Of a DNA stretch of 64,000 bases, positions 26,230-41,200 are shown piece by piece. This DNA is from Mytilus trossulus (taxonomy: Eukaryota). The notes under the pieces were generated by a model. The model was given only the letters and a program-made list of their open reading frames with translations, was not told the DNA's origin and made no database searches. Numbering within the stretch: position 1 is the stretch's first letter; every line of letters begins with the position of its first letter. Both the position numbers and the translations under genes were made by a program. The stretch is from the NCBI RefSeq assembly GCF_036588685.1, contig NC_086377.1, forward strand, positions 15,686,001 through 15,750,000, read 5' to 3'.

Positions 26230-29200
26230 ATGTATCTCTCATTTATTTTCATATCTTTTATAATTGCGAGTTCCGCCGAGTACTCGAGATGGCGATATTG
26301 GAGAAGAGCGAAAACAATGGATATTTATGTTAGTCCGTGTGGTTCTGACAAAAATGAAGGGTAAGCAGAATATTCCGTAATTCAAGATGAAACTGCGCAG
26401 TCGCTTGTTATATACATTTTTTCTTGACTGATGTTTCTTATAAGATGTTGAAGTTTGTTTTTTGAAAGACGACACCTCCAAATGATAGTGCGAATGGAAC
26501 ATTCGTATACTTGGGTTACATTCTTGTTCTAACATGTTTTATAGACATTTTTAGATCAGCACGGTCAAGGTCAAGAATGTATTTCTACATTGTCAGTGTA
26601 CATAAAATATTCATTCAGAAGTAGAGTTTTTTTTATAAGAAATATGAAAGGATAATTATGCAATATTCACCCACGACACAAAATCCGTACATGCATTACA
26701 AAACACTTAAAAAAGCAAAGAAACAGTGTTTGAATTGTTGTTTTTCATGTAAAAGTCACAGTGATGCCTTCAACAAGGAAAAACACGTAAAAAATAAACT
26801 CTATCTCAGATGCAAGTTAAAGACTGCCCCTTGTACCGAAAATGGCGGTATTCGTCTAACAAAATAATTCGGATAGACTTTGTCAGGCCTTTGAAAATAC
26901 CTTAGTCTACACACTTCCTATCTACTCTACTTGTTGTCTAACAGGAGACAGGAACAAGCACACATATTTCGACCTACCAACAAAATGCATATAGTCACTG
27001 TATTATTCCGCACTATTATTGAAATATTGTCTGAGATCACAGCTACATGTACAGCAAATCATGCAGCTCGTTTATTATGGCTTTTACGTATTTTATGTTT
27101 GTTTTGTCAAACAATAAAATTGAGAATGGAAATGGGGAATTTGTTAAAGAGACAACAACCCGACCATAGAAAAAAAACCCAGCAGAAGTTCACCAACAGG
27201 TCTTCAATGTAGCGAGAAATTCCTGCACCCGGAGGCGTCCTTCAGCTTGCTCCATAACAAATATATACTAGTTAAGTGATAATGAACGCCATACTAATTT
27301 CCAAATTGTACACAAGAAACTAAAATTAAAATAATACAAGACTAACAAAAGCCAGTGGCTCCTGACTTGGTACAGGCGCACAAATGCGGCGGGGTTAAAC
27401 ATGTTTGTGAGATCTCAACCCTCCCTTATACCTCAAGCCAATGTAGAAAAGTGAACGCATAACAAAACGCACATTAAAATTCAGTTCAAGAGAAGTCCGA
27501 GTCTGATGTCAGAAGATGTAACCAAAGAAAATAAACAAAATGACAATACTACATAAATGACAACAAGTCCACTATTATTTGTTTGATATATGTATTTGAT
27601 CTTATTTACACAGAACGAGTAGCGGGTCCCCTATGAAGACAATAGAACATGCGCTGTCATTAATAAATACTGATAGTTACAAAGGAAACGGTGAGTTAAT
27701 TAAACGTTGCTAAAAAAAAACTAAAAATAACAACTATAAATTAGTGTAACCATTATGAACAAAATAACAACTATAGATTAGTGTTAAATTATTATGAACC
27801 TGCAATTCGATTATACATGGCATACAATGGGAAATAACTCGCATTGCAACCACTAGTAACAGGTAGCGACTGTTTTCGTACAGCAATGGAACCATCCCTC
27901 TTATGTTTGTGTTTTTTTTTTATCAAGAATTGTCTTTAGTTTTTAAATTCATTTTTTCTGATTTAGTGTGCACTTGCTCTTACCCATATGATATTATAAT
28001 GCACGAGAAGTGTTTGAACTAACCGAAGGGTATTCAAACTCACAAGTCGATTTCAAATACCAAAACACTACAAATACCAAAAACACTACAAATACCAAAA
28101 CACTACAAATACCAAAAACACTACAAATACCAAAAACATTACAAATACCAAAAACACTACAAATACCAAAACACGGCAAATATCAAAAAACGACCAACAG
28201 ACAATTTAAAGTATACAACACACTATAAAACACTGATGGCTGAGCAACACGAACCTCACCAAGATCTGAAGTTGATCCTGAGTATTATAGCAGGGTAAGC
28301 AGATCCAGTTACAAATTAGACACCTATCGTGTTGCTCATTTAAGTAGAAAATATCAGTAGTTTTATAAATTTTCTTTGTAGTTCTGTGCTCCACGTAAAT
28401 GTATGTATGAATGTGCCGGTGAAGAATCTCATGTCGTCACGTTTCAATCCTTCAATACCTTACATTCAATGTTTCAAATATTTAATTACTCTCATCGGTA
28501 TCACTTACTTTTTTCTTGTAATGGTAGTAACATTTCTTTTTGGAGAACAGAATAATGATATATTTTACTCAAGCAACATATGAAACAGATGATGATAATG
28601 ATGGTCATATGTACCTTCTTTATTTAGATATTGTAATAGAATTGATGTGTGGAACTTGTGGACCTACATGTTACTTTGATCTAAAGTCTACTTTAGTCAT
28701 TACAAACAAGGAGTCCCGAAAACTAACCATCCGAACAAATAAAACAGATAAAGTTCGAGTGGTACGTATATTCTAAGACTATCTTAATTTGATTATTTAT
28801 TTTGATTAAATATTTCATTTAAATAACCTGGAAAAAGTGCAAGAATTCAAAATACTATTGCCACTTTGTCTTTTTGTTCTTAAACCATGATGCTCGTTTT
28901 CATACACGTATCTTAAAGACTATCTAACATCCAGAACAGACGCAAGCAAAGATTACTCGCAGTTACTGTAACGATCTCATAGCACATTGAGCAACACAGG
29001 CACTTGTCTCAGAATTTTGTTTTCTAACACAAGTGTATATTAATGTTCAGCAACTAGATTTTTAAAATTTTTTTATGAGACAAATGCCTGTGTTCAGCAA
29101 CTAGAATTTTATTTGATTTAACTTGGCATTATATTATCTTCAACAAGAATCGAGGTGTGCACAAAGCGTGATCCTAATTCATTTGATGAAATGTATTCGA

Positions 29201-32200
29201 TCATTTTAACTTTCAGACAGGAGGGCAACGGATACCTTGGAACAAGTTTAAACCAGTTAAATACCATAAGAAAATACCACCCGCTGCACTTAAAGTGGTA
29301 AGTGGAAAAGTGTTAACTAGTTACCAGCCATGAAAAGTTGTTGTCTGTTGCACTGAAATCGGTAAGTGGAACAAGTTTAAACCAGATACCGGCCATGAAA
29401 AGTTGGTGTCTGTTGCATGGAGCGTCACTGATGAGTCTTTTGTAGACGAAACGCGCGTTTGGCGTATATACAAAATTTAGTCCTGGTATCTACGATGAGT
29501 TTATTTACAACCACTGGGTCGATGCCCCTGCTGGTGGAGATTAATTTCCCCGAGGGTATCACCAGACCAGTAGTCAGAACTTTTGTGCTGTCATAAATTA
29601 TAATTGATATGGTTATATTTATAAATTAATTGTAACGGTTTACAACATTTTGAATTTTTGAAATTTTAAGGCTTTTCTACCTCAGGCATAGATTACCTTA
29701 GCTGTATTTGGCAAAACTTTTAGGAACTTTGTTCCTCAATGCTCTTCAACTTCGTACTTTATTTAGCCATTTAAACTTTTTCGATTTGAGCGTCACTGCT
29801 GAGTCTTTTGTAGACGAAACGCGCGTTTGGCGTATATAATATACAAAATTTAGTCCCGGTATCTTGATGAGTTTATTTGCACTGAAAACGGTAAGTGGGA
29901 CAAGTTTAAAAGTTACAAGCCATGGAAATTTGTCGTCTTCTGTACTTAAAACGGTAGGTGGACCAAGTTTAAACCAGTTACCAGCCATTTAAAGTGTGAT
30001 CTGCTACACTAAAATGGAAAGTTGATAAAGTTTAAACCAGTTACCAGTCGTGAAAATTTGTTGTCTGCTACTCTTAAAACGGTACTTTTTTACTCCGTAG
30101 TATCTAGAGTATATTAATTTTCGACCGGTAAAATACTTTGTGATAGGACGTTCTGGCACTCCGTGAATTAAGAATAACCAGAAGAAGTTTAATCAAGCTA
30201 TTAAGTGGTGCAGTTTCGGAAAAAAAGCACTGTTTTATGTGTTCTGTATATGAACAAATCAAAATAAGGTAATTTAAATATGTCATGAATGTAGACAAGC
30301 TGACTCCAAACAAAGAAAGTATGCTCCTTAGTTAAAACGACGAACAAAAAGGGCAATAAGCGTTTGTTTTACACAGTTTTGCTTTAGTTTTTCATCCTTT
30401 TTCCTTTTTGCCAAACTTGTCTTGTATTACAGTGCTGCTTTAATTACTCATTTTACACAATGAGAGAATGGGTCGTACGCTGACCAAGACAGAATATCTC
30501 TGTCTATCTCATCTCTTATTTGAAATTGCCGTGACAGTAAAACTTTTCCCCGTAAAAATATACTTATGCCTGGCATTTTTCTGTTTATGTGTAGGTACAA
30601 CAGGTGTCGTTACCAGATGTTGGCATAACAGACTTGGGAGAAATGTCTACATACGGGTATTACACCAGGCGTACGTCTTGGTTGGAAATCTTTGAAAATG
30701 ATCGACCTCTGACCTTAGCAAGATATCCAAATGAGGTATGTCAAATATATCTATTTGTCTCTTTGTTTATTTTAATAAAAGTATTTAGATTTGTTATGGC
30801 TGCATTTATCTATCATTTAAAACTATTTTAAACTTTACGTCAGCCTCAAGCTAATGATATGTGTAATGATTTTCATCAAATGATTATGTATTCCACTTTA
30901 AAAACAAATGAACTTTAGGGGACGTGATGGATGTATGTTTTTACTGAACACGTGCATGGTAATCTCTGTCGAACCAAAATTCAAAGTAATCTACAGAACG
31001 AGGCAATAAAAAAAAATTAAATAATAATTTTATGCTTGTTTACTGTGTGTGTTTCTACGAGAATGAAAACAGGCAACAAGTAAGTTTTTGAATTACTTTG
31101 AGTATATCAGGTTAGAATCGATCATGATCAGACTTTAAATTCGGGAAATTTATCGAAAAGTGTATTTATGTAACCTCTGTTCCTTTCGAAAATAATGTTG
31201 GAACGTAAAATCACAAAAATGCCGATCACCGAGGAAATTCAAAACGAAAAGCCTCAAATCAAATATACTAGTATCTAAAACACACCAAACGAATGGACAA
31301 CAACTGTCATATTTCTGACTTTGTACAGGCATTTACAAATGTAGAAAATGGTGAATTGAACTTGGTTTTATAGCTATCTAGACCTCTCACTTGCACTTGT
31401 ATGACAGTCGCATCAAATGTATTGAATTTTATTTGATCTTTTTGATTGAAGGGTTATATCAACATCGACAAACCAGGTGCGGATGGTCAATCGTTTCATT
31501 ACGAATCAAAAGAACCATATAAATGGATTCCGGAAGACGATCTCTGGGTACATGGATTCTGGTAAATAATATATATATAATATAGAGGCCCTTCATGGGG
31601 GTGTCCAAGGAATGACATAATCACAAATGTCCTGCTTTTATAATCACATAATCATATTTTTTTTAAATAAAATAATAAAATAAGCAAAAATACAGTCCCA
31701 GATTATCAAATAATCAAATAATCATCAAATATTTGGACTTTTAATCAAATAATCACTATGTAAAATCGACAGAGTAATTACATAATCAAAAACCCCATCA
31801 TCAAGCTGTGCCGACCTATGTTACATACTACTGATATTCAATGTGATGTTAATGTGTAAAATCGTACCTTGCAAATAACGATTATTTGGACAGTGCTTTA
31901 AAATTCAACACACTAGCTTGTTTTCATGGTTTAAATATAGTCATCATAGATACCAGGACTACATTTAGCATATACGCCAGACGCGTGTTTCGTCTACAAA
32001 AGACTCATCAGTGACGCTCGAATTAAATAAAAGTTAAAAAGGGCCAAATAAAGAACGATGAGTTATAGTATGCAACCCTGAATTTAAATGTACAAAGCTG
32101 TGTTCTGTTGAAATGAATTTTTGTTAGTATGCATTTTAATTCTATCATATTCATGACCATGCTTTTTCTGCGATTTTTTTGGAGAATTTTTGTTTGATTT

Positions 32201-35200
32201 TTTTATGTAATTTGAATGTCAGAAATTAAAAAAGAGAGATACACGTGAAACATGAAATTATTTATATAAAATTTTGAACATTTTTCACAGGTTCTGGAGC
32301 TGGGCTGATAAAGCTTACAAAGTTGCTAAGTTTGACCCCAAAGGTCAATGGTTGTCAGTCACAGAAAAAGTCATGTACGGAATGAAGAAAGGTAAACATT
32401 GACCTTTTGATGCTAAGGAGTCCATTTGTTATTTGTTTTGGGGAAGTAATTATTGTGCGGTAAATGGGTTTTTGCACATTGCCAAAACCCCATTGTTACC
32501 TGTATCATTGCCGAAACCCTATTGTTACCTGTATCATTGCCGAAATCCTGTTGTTACCTGTATCATTGCCGAAACCCTATTGTTACTTGTACGTGTTAAC
32601 TTTTATATCAGTTGATATCGGTAAAGAGTTGACTCATTGCGTAAACCCTCCAGTGGGTGACTTAGCATGTTGTGAAGAGGAGAGAAAAATATTCCTTGGT
32701 TGCGGGCAATGATTGCTTTACCAAGAATATAACAACCCACATTGAACTGTGTCAACAATCAATGTCAGTTTTTAAATCTTATACCACAAAAATTATATAT
32801 ATAGAATAACCATACATTGTCTCGAAATATCAATGTTATTTGTACGAGGCTAAGAAACAGGTAGAAAGCGAGGCTGTGCCGAGCATTTCTACCTGTTTCG
32901 AGCCGAGTACAAATAACCGATTGATATTTCGAGACAATGTATGGTTATTCTTTATATGCTGCAACTCTTTAAACGGTTTTAAATGAAATATTTAGGGTAA
33001 AAAACATCATTTTTTTAATTTGAAGCGGACGACGTAAAATTTCCGCGAACCTGTATGTTTTATTGACGTTATAAATAAAACTCTACAGAAACACATTGTC
33101 AACGTCATAAACAAGGTGATATACGTTCAGTGACTGTATATCACATATAAATAATACAGTCAATGCAATTTGACTGCTCAAATAGGACAGCTGCAGTATA
33201 TAAAACAATACATCTTTAATATTAAACAATTAGCGCTATATTACCAGGTTCTTTCTATCCACAATTTTTCGACATCAGAAAATGTCTGTCCAAGTCAGGA
33301 ATATGACAGTTTTTGTCCATTCGTTTGTTGTGTTTTATTATTTAATTTTGCCATTTGATTTGGGACTTTCCGTTTTGAATTTTTCTTTGAGCTCAGTATT
33401 TTTGTGAATTTACTTTTTACAATATTTTTGTGTTTTGTTTCAGGGAATTATAACGAGAAAAATCCTGGTTTGGTAGATTACCATAATCAAGGTGGCTATT
33501 TCAGATTTGTAAATGTGCTGTCTGAACTTGACCAACCTGTAAGTATTACCTGCTACTTCGTTTCGATGATACACAAATAATGACCAACGGTGACAATAAT
33601 TTACGCTAGTTACATGATTGTTTAAGGATTCAATACTTTTTTTCAAGTCTCAACACTCCATTCCAATACATTTAATATTTTTTTCTGTCTATGAAGAAAT
33701 AACATGAAAAATTTGGTGCACACTGAATAACGTGCGTATGTTATTTCGAATAGACAGAAAAAAATATTACAGTCATTTCTTATAATTTAATTCTAAATTC
33801 CATTTTAAACGTAGAAAACCACGAAAAAACGTTGATGACGTTACGGTCACATGACTAAATTATGTCTATGGGCTCATAACAAAATAACGTCAGCCAATCA
33901 GAAGACGCGTCACATCGAAAGTTAAATTATTCCAATATAAAAAGCATATAAAGCATTGCGTATAACAACGTTTAAACGAGCTTTGATGATCACTAAAACA
34001 ACTAAACAAAATAAAGGAAAATCAATTAAAGGAAATGAATTGAAAGTAAAATAACAAAAACAGTCCGAGGATAATTCGAAACAGAAAGTCCGTAGTCAAA
34101 TAACAAAATCAACGCTTATTTTTCGATAATTAAGATCCAATCAACAACCTTGTATTTTATATTTCATCTAAATTTCTCAATCTTTCATATATCACGAATG
34201 TGCTCATCCGTTTTTTCTGTCACAACTTACATAGTAATATGCTCCCGAGTAATTAAAAGTGACGTTGTTGTATTCATTAGGTTAAATTAATTCCAATTTA
34301 CTATTTGACAGAACATTCCCCCCCCCCCCCCCCCCAAAAAAAAAAGAAAAAAATAATAAAAAAGAAAAACGAACACAATCTTATATTATGCAAATTGTCT
34401 CTTTATTAGCTAAACATTTGTACATTTATATTTGATTATTTCTAGGGTGAGTTCTATGTGGATAGGAAGACTAAAATGTTATACATATGGCCCTTGAAAA
34501 ACGCTCATTATGCCAAAGGTGACGCAATAGAAGCTTCTATTATCGACACGTGCATCTCGTACGTATATATTTATCCTATTTAGCATTTTACACATTTTCA
34601 GAGGCAGATTTGGGGGGGGGGGGGGGGGCAGGGGTCCAGGGCCCCATTTTTGGGAATACATTTGGTTGCTTATATAGGGAATAACTGAATCGTGACTGGA
34701 GCGGGCCCCCTCTTATATAGGTCAGCCAGAGCGCCCCCACTTATGAAAATTCCTGAATCCGCCACTGCTTTTTACATATATTTGATTCGTTCTGAAGATT
34801 CAAATGTCATCTTTATCTTCATAGTTGGAATATAAAAAGTTCTAGCTATCATCGAATGAAGGGAAATCATTTGATTAACGAAAATCAGTGAATTTAAAAA
34901 AAGAATGTTTTTTGTAGAATATATAAAGATTTGGCTACTTTCGAACGAAAGGAAATCTTTTATTTTTTTTAAATATCTGCACGTTTGTCTGTTTTTATTA
35001 AACATCCATGAAATTATGTCCTAGTACTAGGTACAATTTTTCACTAAGGGAGACACTATTTTATAGTTTACAAATGTGATATTCTGTCCCGTGAACGAAA
35101 TATCACAGATGAACTGTGAAATATAGTTCAAGAAGACACACGATCTAAAACTGAATATTTTCTTGCAGAATTTCAAAAGATTCGGCTAATATCGTACTTG

Positions 35201-38200
35201 AAGGGTTTACGCTTCAGTGTTGTCGGAAGTTTGGAATAGAGGCACCTCAAGTAAAAAGTATAACATTTACAGGACTTAGAATTCAAAACATAGGTAAATA
35301 TTTAAGGATTCAAAACATTCTTAGATATTTTAGAATTCAAAACATAGGTAAATAATTTAGGATTCAAAACATAGTATAAGGTTAATATTTTAGTATTCAA
35401 AACAAAGGTAGATATTTCAATTTCAAGATGGCGTGTATGTCTACTGAAACTAAAAGCTCCGCACCGTGATGCGAAGCAACAATGTACACTTGAAGGTTCG
35501 TCATATTAGAAACATATCTTTTTTTTATTGATCTTTGTATTGTTTTTATGTCCCATTTATGGACATTATGTTTTCTGATCCGTGCGTCCGTCCGTTCGTT
35601 CGTCCGTCCGTTTGTCCGTCAGTTCATTCGTCCGTCTGTCCCGCTTCATGTTAAAGTTTTTGGTCAAGGTAGTTTTTGATGAAGTTTAAGTTCAATCAAT
35701 GTGAAATTTAGTACACGTGTTCCCTATGATATGATCTTTCTTATTTTAATGCCTCATTAGAGTTTTTACCCCATTTAAACGATCCACTGAACATAGAAAA
35801 TGATAGTGCGGATGGGGCATCCGTATACTAGGGACACATTCTTGTTTTAAAGTATAAGTTTATTTATTTATATCATCGTATTATCTATTGAATCATGATT
35901 TTCTATTGTCTCTTTACTATAAATTATACATCCTTTATACCACTTATTCACGCTAATCGAATACGATTTCCTTTCATGTTTTTAAAAACAAATTACAGGA
36001 TCATACGGTATAACAACAACAGGGACCAATTTGAAAATTAATCAAAATCTGATAAGAAATACAGATGGTGGAATCGATATCAGAGGTTAGTAATAATACT
36101 TTATTCCAAAAGCAATACAACTTATAGGATACATCCACATACTAATAACAATTTTATATCCACTTATATACGAATTTTAAAATATTTATACAATATACAG
36201 TTGGGTGCAGACCAAGCATTAGATGTAGACGGAGATCGAGTATATTTTTCGGACATCCCAAAGATCATTTATAATGATTTTAATCATCACGGATAAGTCT
36301 GTCTAAATTGAGGAGATTGTACAAATGTACTTATACAACACTTTATTTATATCCCTTTGAGTTTCAATACAATGTATCATTTGCGTATACACATTTGACA
36401 AAACAGAAGCTTAAATCTTATAAATCCAAGTCAAACAAGGTGAATTACGATTACAAATATCGTTTTAAATATTTATGCATCAAGTTATGGTATATATGAA
36501 TTCGAAGAGACAGTTAACAATGGGGAACGAAGCAACGTCAACAATGATGCTTATTTCCCATGATATAGAAATATTTTCCCGATGTGATGGATAACCTTGC
36601 TATCCGTCTCGATATTTGTACATGTAACTTTTAAAAAGAAAATAAAGAAATTCTGCTAGTCAATAAAGTTATTTGAACTGCTTTTTTGTAATTAAATACA
36701 ATTAATATTTCGTATTAAAAGTGTTTTTGAATTGTTCTAGTTTGAAACCCACATACGAAAAGTATGTAGATTACAGTTGTTTTAATAAAATACATGTACA
36801 AATGAACATGAAGTTTATCTCTTAATTTACATAATAAGTGCACGTACAAATACACTTGTGAAATCTCTAGTAAACGCCCGTTTACTTTTAAGTGCACGTA
36901 AACATAAATTTGTAAAATTTGAAGTAAAAGCCCGTTTATTACTGACTAAACGGACACAGAGTAAACGCCAATAGACATTAGAAATTTCCATTTCGACCGC
37001 GTTAACGTAATTATAGTAATTCGAAGTAAACTAACGAAATATGTGCACGCGGCGTTAACTTGCGGTTACTTTATGTAATGCTAGGTCTGCACCCAATTGT
37101 ACGCATAGAAAGGCGTATGAAAATAAATATAGTATTTAATACAAAATGCGAACGGTCTTTAAAGCCTCGGTCACACCTTACCGGATAGCTCGAACGGACG
37201 CCTAACGGATGACTTTTTTTCAATCCGTTCATGTCAGTTAGACGTCCGTTCTTATCCGTTAGGCGTTCGTCCATCTCCGTTGCATGTCCGTTAAGCGAAC
37301 GTTTTATCCGTCGACGTCCGTTCTGTCCGGTGGAAAATTTTGAGCATGTTCAAAACTTTGAACGGACGTCCAACGGATAAAATGTCCGTTGGACGTCCGT
37401 TAGGCGTCCTTTTTGTACGGTACTCGTCTGTTTCGTTTCCATCCGTTACGTTTCCTTTTTTTATCCGTTACGTGTCCGTTATACATCCGTTGGAGGTCTG
37501 GCAGATAAATTCACCAACGGACTTCTAACAGACGTCTAACGGATAAAACGGATGTTGAACGAATGTGAAATAGACTTCTACCGGACGTATAACGGATAAA
37601 ACGGATGATGAACGGAACTGAAACGGATAAATTCCAATTGAAAATTTCTCGTCAGAAATGCCAATTAGATTTCTTAAGGTTCATGAATTCTTATTATTCA
37701 TAATCGATCTCAGAATAAGGGCACATTTTCACAATCAAGCAGATGTTATTCAGGTCAGACACTGCCCTTTAGCGGCATTTTGAAGAAAAAATCAAAACTA
37801 GTTACACAGAACATTTTCAATATTAATGCGATTTACATGTATTATTATTATCGCCTTTAAATTTTTCGTATATCTTTTTTATCCGTTTTATCCGGTTCTC
37901 TTCCGTTAGGTGTCCGTTTTATGCGGTACTCGTCCGTTGGATGTACGTTCGACATCCGTTCTGTCCGGAACGTCTCCTTTATCGTCCGTTGCATATCCGT
38001 TGCATGTCAGTTATGCATTCGTTAGGCGTCCGTTTTAGTTGGTCAGTACATCAACGGACAACTTTTATTTTCATCCGTTAGGCGTCCGTTTGTCTTATCC
38101 GGTAAAGTGTGACCGAGGCTTAATAAAGTGAGAGTAAATATACTTTATTATGAATCTAAGTTTTTCTGCTGATTTTAAAAACATACCTAAGTTAATTTTT

Positions 38201-41200
38201 TTTTAAATATTTCTGACAGAAAAAAACAACTGGATAAAGTTGTATGAAGGGCTTCAAACGAAATATATTTTTTGAACAAATTTATGCTAAAATATCTTAT
38301 AAATCGTAAAAAACTTGATATATAATATTTTTTGCGATCAAAAGAAGGCGTGCTCTTTGTGCACACCCGATAGATCCGCCATGCTGATTTAAGTCGGTCA
38401 TTTACTTGCTAGCGTACCAAGTAACATCCTATAGAAAGAAATTGGTAACACTACAAAGACACACAATGCTGACTAAGTAACACTTTTTTGGAAGAAATGA
38501 TACCCGCGATGGATATATTAGTGCACGGCGATCCAATTAGTTGGCCGCTTTTTTCTGAATCAGTTGAAAACATAAAGATAAGGTTCATATTCAATTTTTG
38601 AAGCATGGGACATATAATTTAAAATAGAATTCTTAAACTTGCTAATCAATACGTCGGTTGCTTCTTCTAGCCTAGATTTTTTTTATATAAACAAATTATG
38701 CAACAATTACATGAATTATTTAGGTGTATTGTAGTCTCTTTGACACATTCCCAATTTCCATTCTTAATCTTATTTGAATGAATTTCTAGGCGGTGATCGA
38801 AAATCATTAACTTCTTCAAAGAATGAAGTTGCTGATAATATTTTATACAATTTTGGACGTGTTGGTTATGTTGGCAGTGATGGAGTCAACTGTGATGGCG
38901 TTGGTGTGCATGTGCATCATAATATTTTCTTTCAAGGAGCATACACAGGAATAAAATGGGCTGTAAGTAGATTTTTAATTTATTTTTGTTTTTTATGCCC
39001 CACTTTAGGGCATTATCTTTTTCGATCGGTTCGTTCGATCGTTGGTCCGTTGGTCCGTTCGGCAGCTGTCTGTCCTGGTTCAGGTTAAAGTTTTGAGCAA
39101 GGTAGTATTTCATAAAGTTGAAGTTTATGCAACTTGAAACTTCGTATTTTCCTTAGTGAATGATCATTCTAATTTTCACGTTCCACTTAACATAGAAAGA
39201 AATGATAGTAGAAGTGGGGCATCTGTGTACTATGGACTTATTTTTGGTAATTTCTTAGAAATATAGCAAATAAAACACTAGTTAGGGGAGGTTTATCGGA
39301 AAGAAAAACTTTTACTTTAATAAAATTAATCTAGTTTTATCGTTTCTACAGCTTCATAAAATAAGCCTAGACTAGCAAAACTGTTGCAGTCTGCTAAAAA
39401 AGGCAATTAGAGTAAGTCATTGTACTGATTTAAAAGGACAAAATTTCAACGCTGTAAATCACAGATTTACATTTCGAAACTTGCAGTGCAAGGTTTATCT
39501 CTAACATTTAAAACTCTCGTAGTCATTGCACTGTACTGACATGGCCATAAGGTTGTTGTTTCATTAAAATTTACTGATATACAATTTGGCAATTATTTAG
39601 AATAAAAGAGAGTATGATGCTATAAGATGAAATGAATATGACAGAAACTATATTAGATGTTTCAATTATATATTTAATATAATGGAAAAATATATATAAA
39701 TCTATATAACCACACGTTTTAGTCATAGAACGGTTTTTAGCTCAAAGTATTTGTCTGTATACGAATCTTCAATAACAAAAGACTAATTAAGATCTGTACT
39801 TTAAAGTTCAAGAAGTAGGAAGTTCCAATCCTGATGCATACAATGGTAACAGGTTACACCGCTGTTCGTTTAAGCAAAAAAATAATCCGTGTAACAAACT
39901 AAAATGGAAGAAAAAACAACAACTAAAGAGTAAAACATCGGAACAACATAAACAGTAAACAACAATAAAAGCAAATGCCAACATATAGGAAAACAGACTG
40001 TCTGATAAAAAGTTTTATTTAACTGATTTGGTATAGGATATTTTAAGAAATATTGGTAAGCTTAACCTGGTGTTATTGCTTGCTAAACACTACAAATGAA
40101 AGATATAGATTCAAAATAGGAGAAATGAAATGCAGGGTCCGAAATGATTATACTTCATTCTATGAATATACAGAAATTTACAATAAATATTTCCGACAAA
40201 ACACTAGAGATAAAAGCACAGACTTATGCGTTTAAAATTATCCCAAACAAATGGCAAGTCGTTGTACTAATGTGGGTGTTTTTTTTCGTAAAATAGCATG
40301 AAAATATCGAGATTTTTATTATATGAAAAATATCGTGATTTTTACTATATGAAAAATATCGTGATTTTTTTTACATGAAAAATATCGTGATTTTTATTAC
40401 ATGAAAAATATCGTGATTTTTTGTACATGAAAAATATCGTGATTTTTATTACATGAAAAATATCGTGATTTTTATTACATGAAAAATATCGTGATTTTTA
40501 TTACATGAAAAATATTGTGATTTTCATTACATGAAAAATATCGTGATTTTTATTACATTAAAAATATCGTGATTTTTATAACATGAAAAATATCGTGATT
40601 TTTATTACATGAAAAATAACGTGATTTTTATTACATGAAAAATATCGTGATTTTTATTACATGAAAAATATCGTGATATTTTTTGAATATAAGATACAAT
40701 GATTTTCATTGAATAAGAAACTAGTAAAAACTATTTTAGCGGTTTAAAACTTTTTATGCAACACCAGTGCATGCTTACTATTGAAATTGTGTAATTTATT
40801 TTGGCGATTTTGTTATATTTGCGGTTATAAGAGAAAAATTACACCCGGCGAAAATAACCCTCTATACAGATGTTGACCAAAGTAACATTGTGCACTATGT
40901 AATTTTGCAGGGAAACGATCATATATTTGAATACAATCATTTATCTGAAATGTGTAGATTCACCAGTGACTGCGGTGCGCTCATGAGCGGACGAGATTGG
41001 ACATGGGTAAATACTTTGTACATATTACCAATGTTATTTCAACTGATCGGGCGGAGCTTACGTTTTAATTTGCATAAGGACGGTCTATGTGAAGATGTGT
41101 GTGATAAGGATGATTGCCGTTATAATTTTACTGATTTCTAATCACCTATCAGTGTCATCAGAGGAATTTACAAAACAATGACTTGACACTTCACTTTTGA

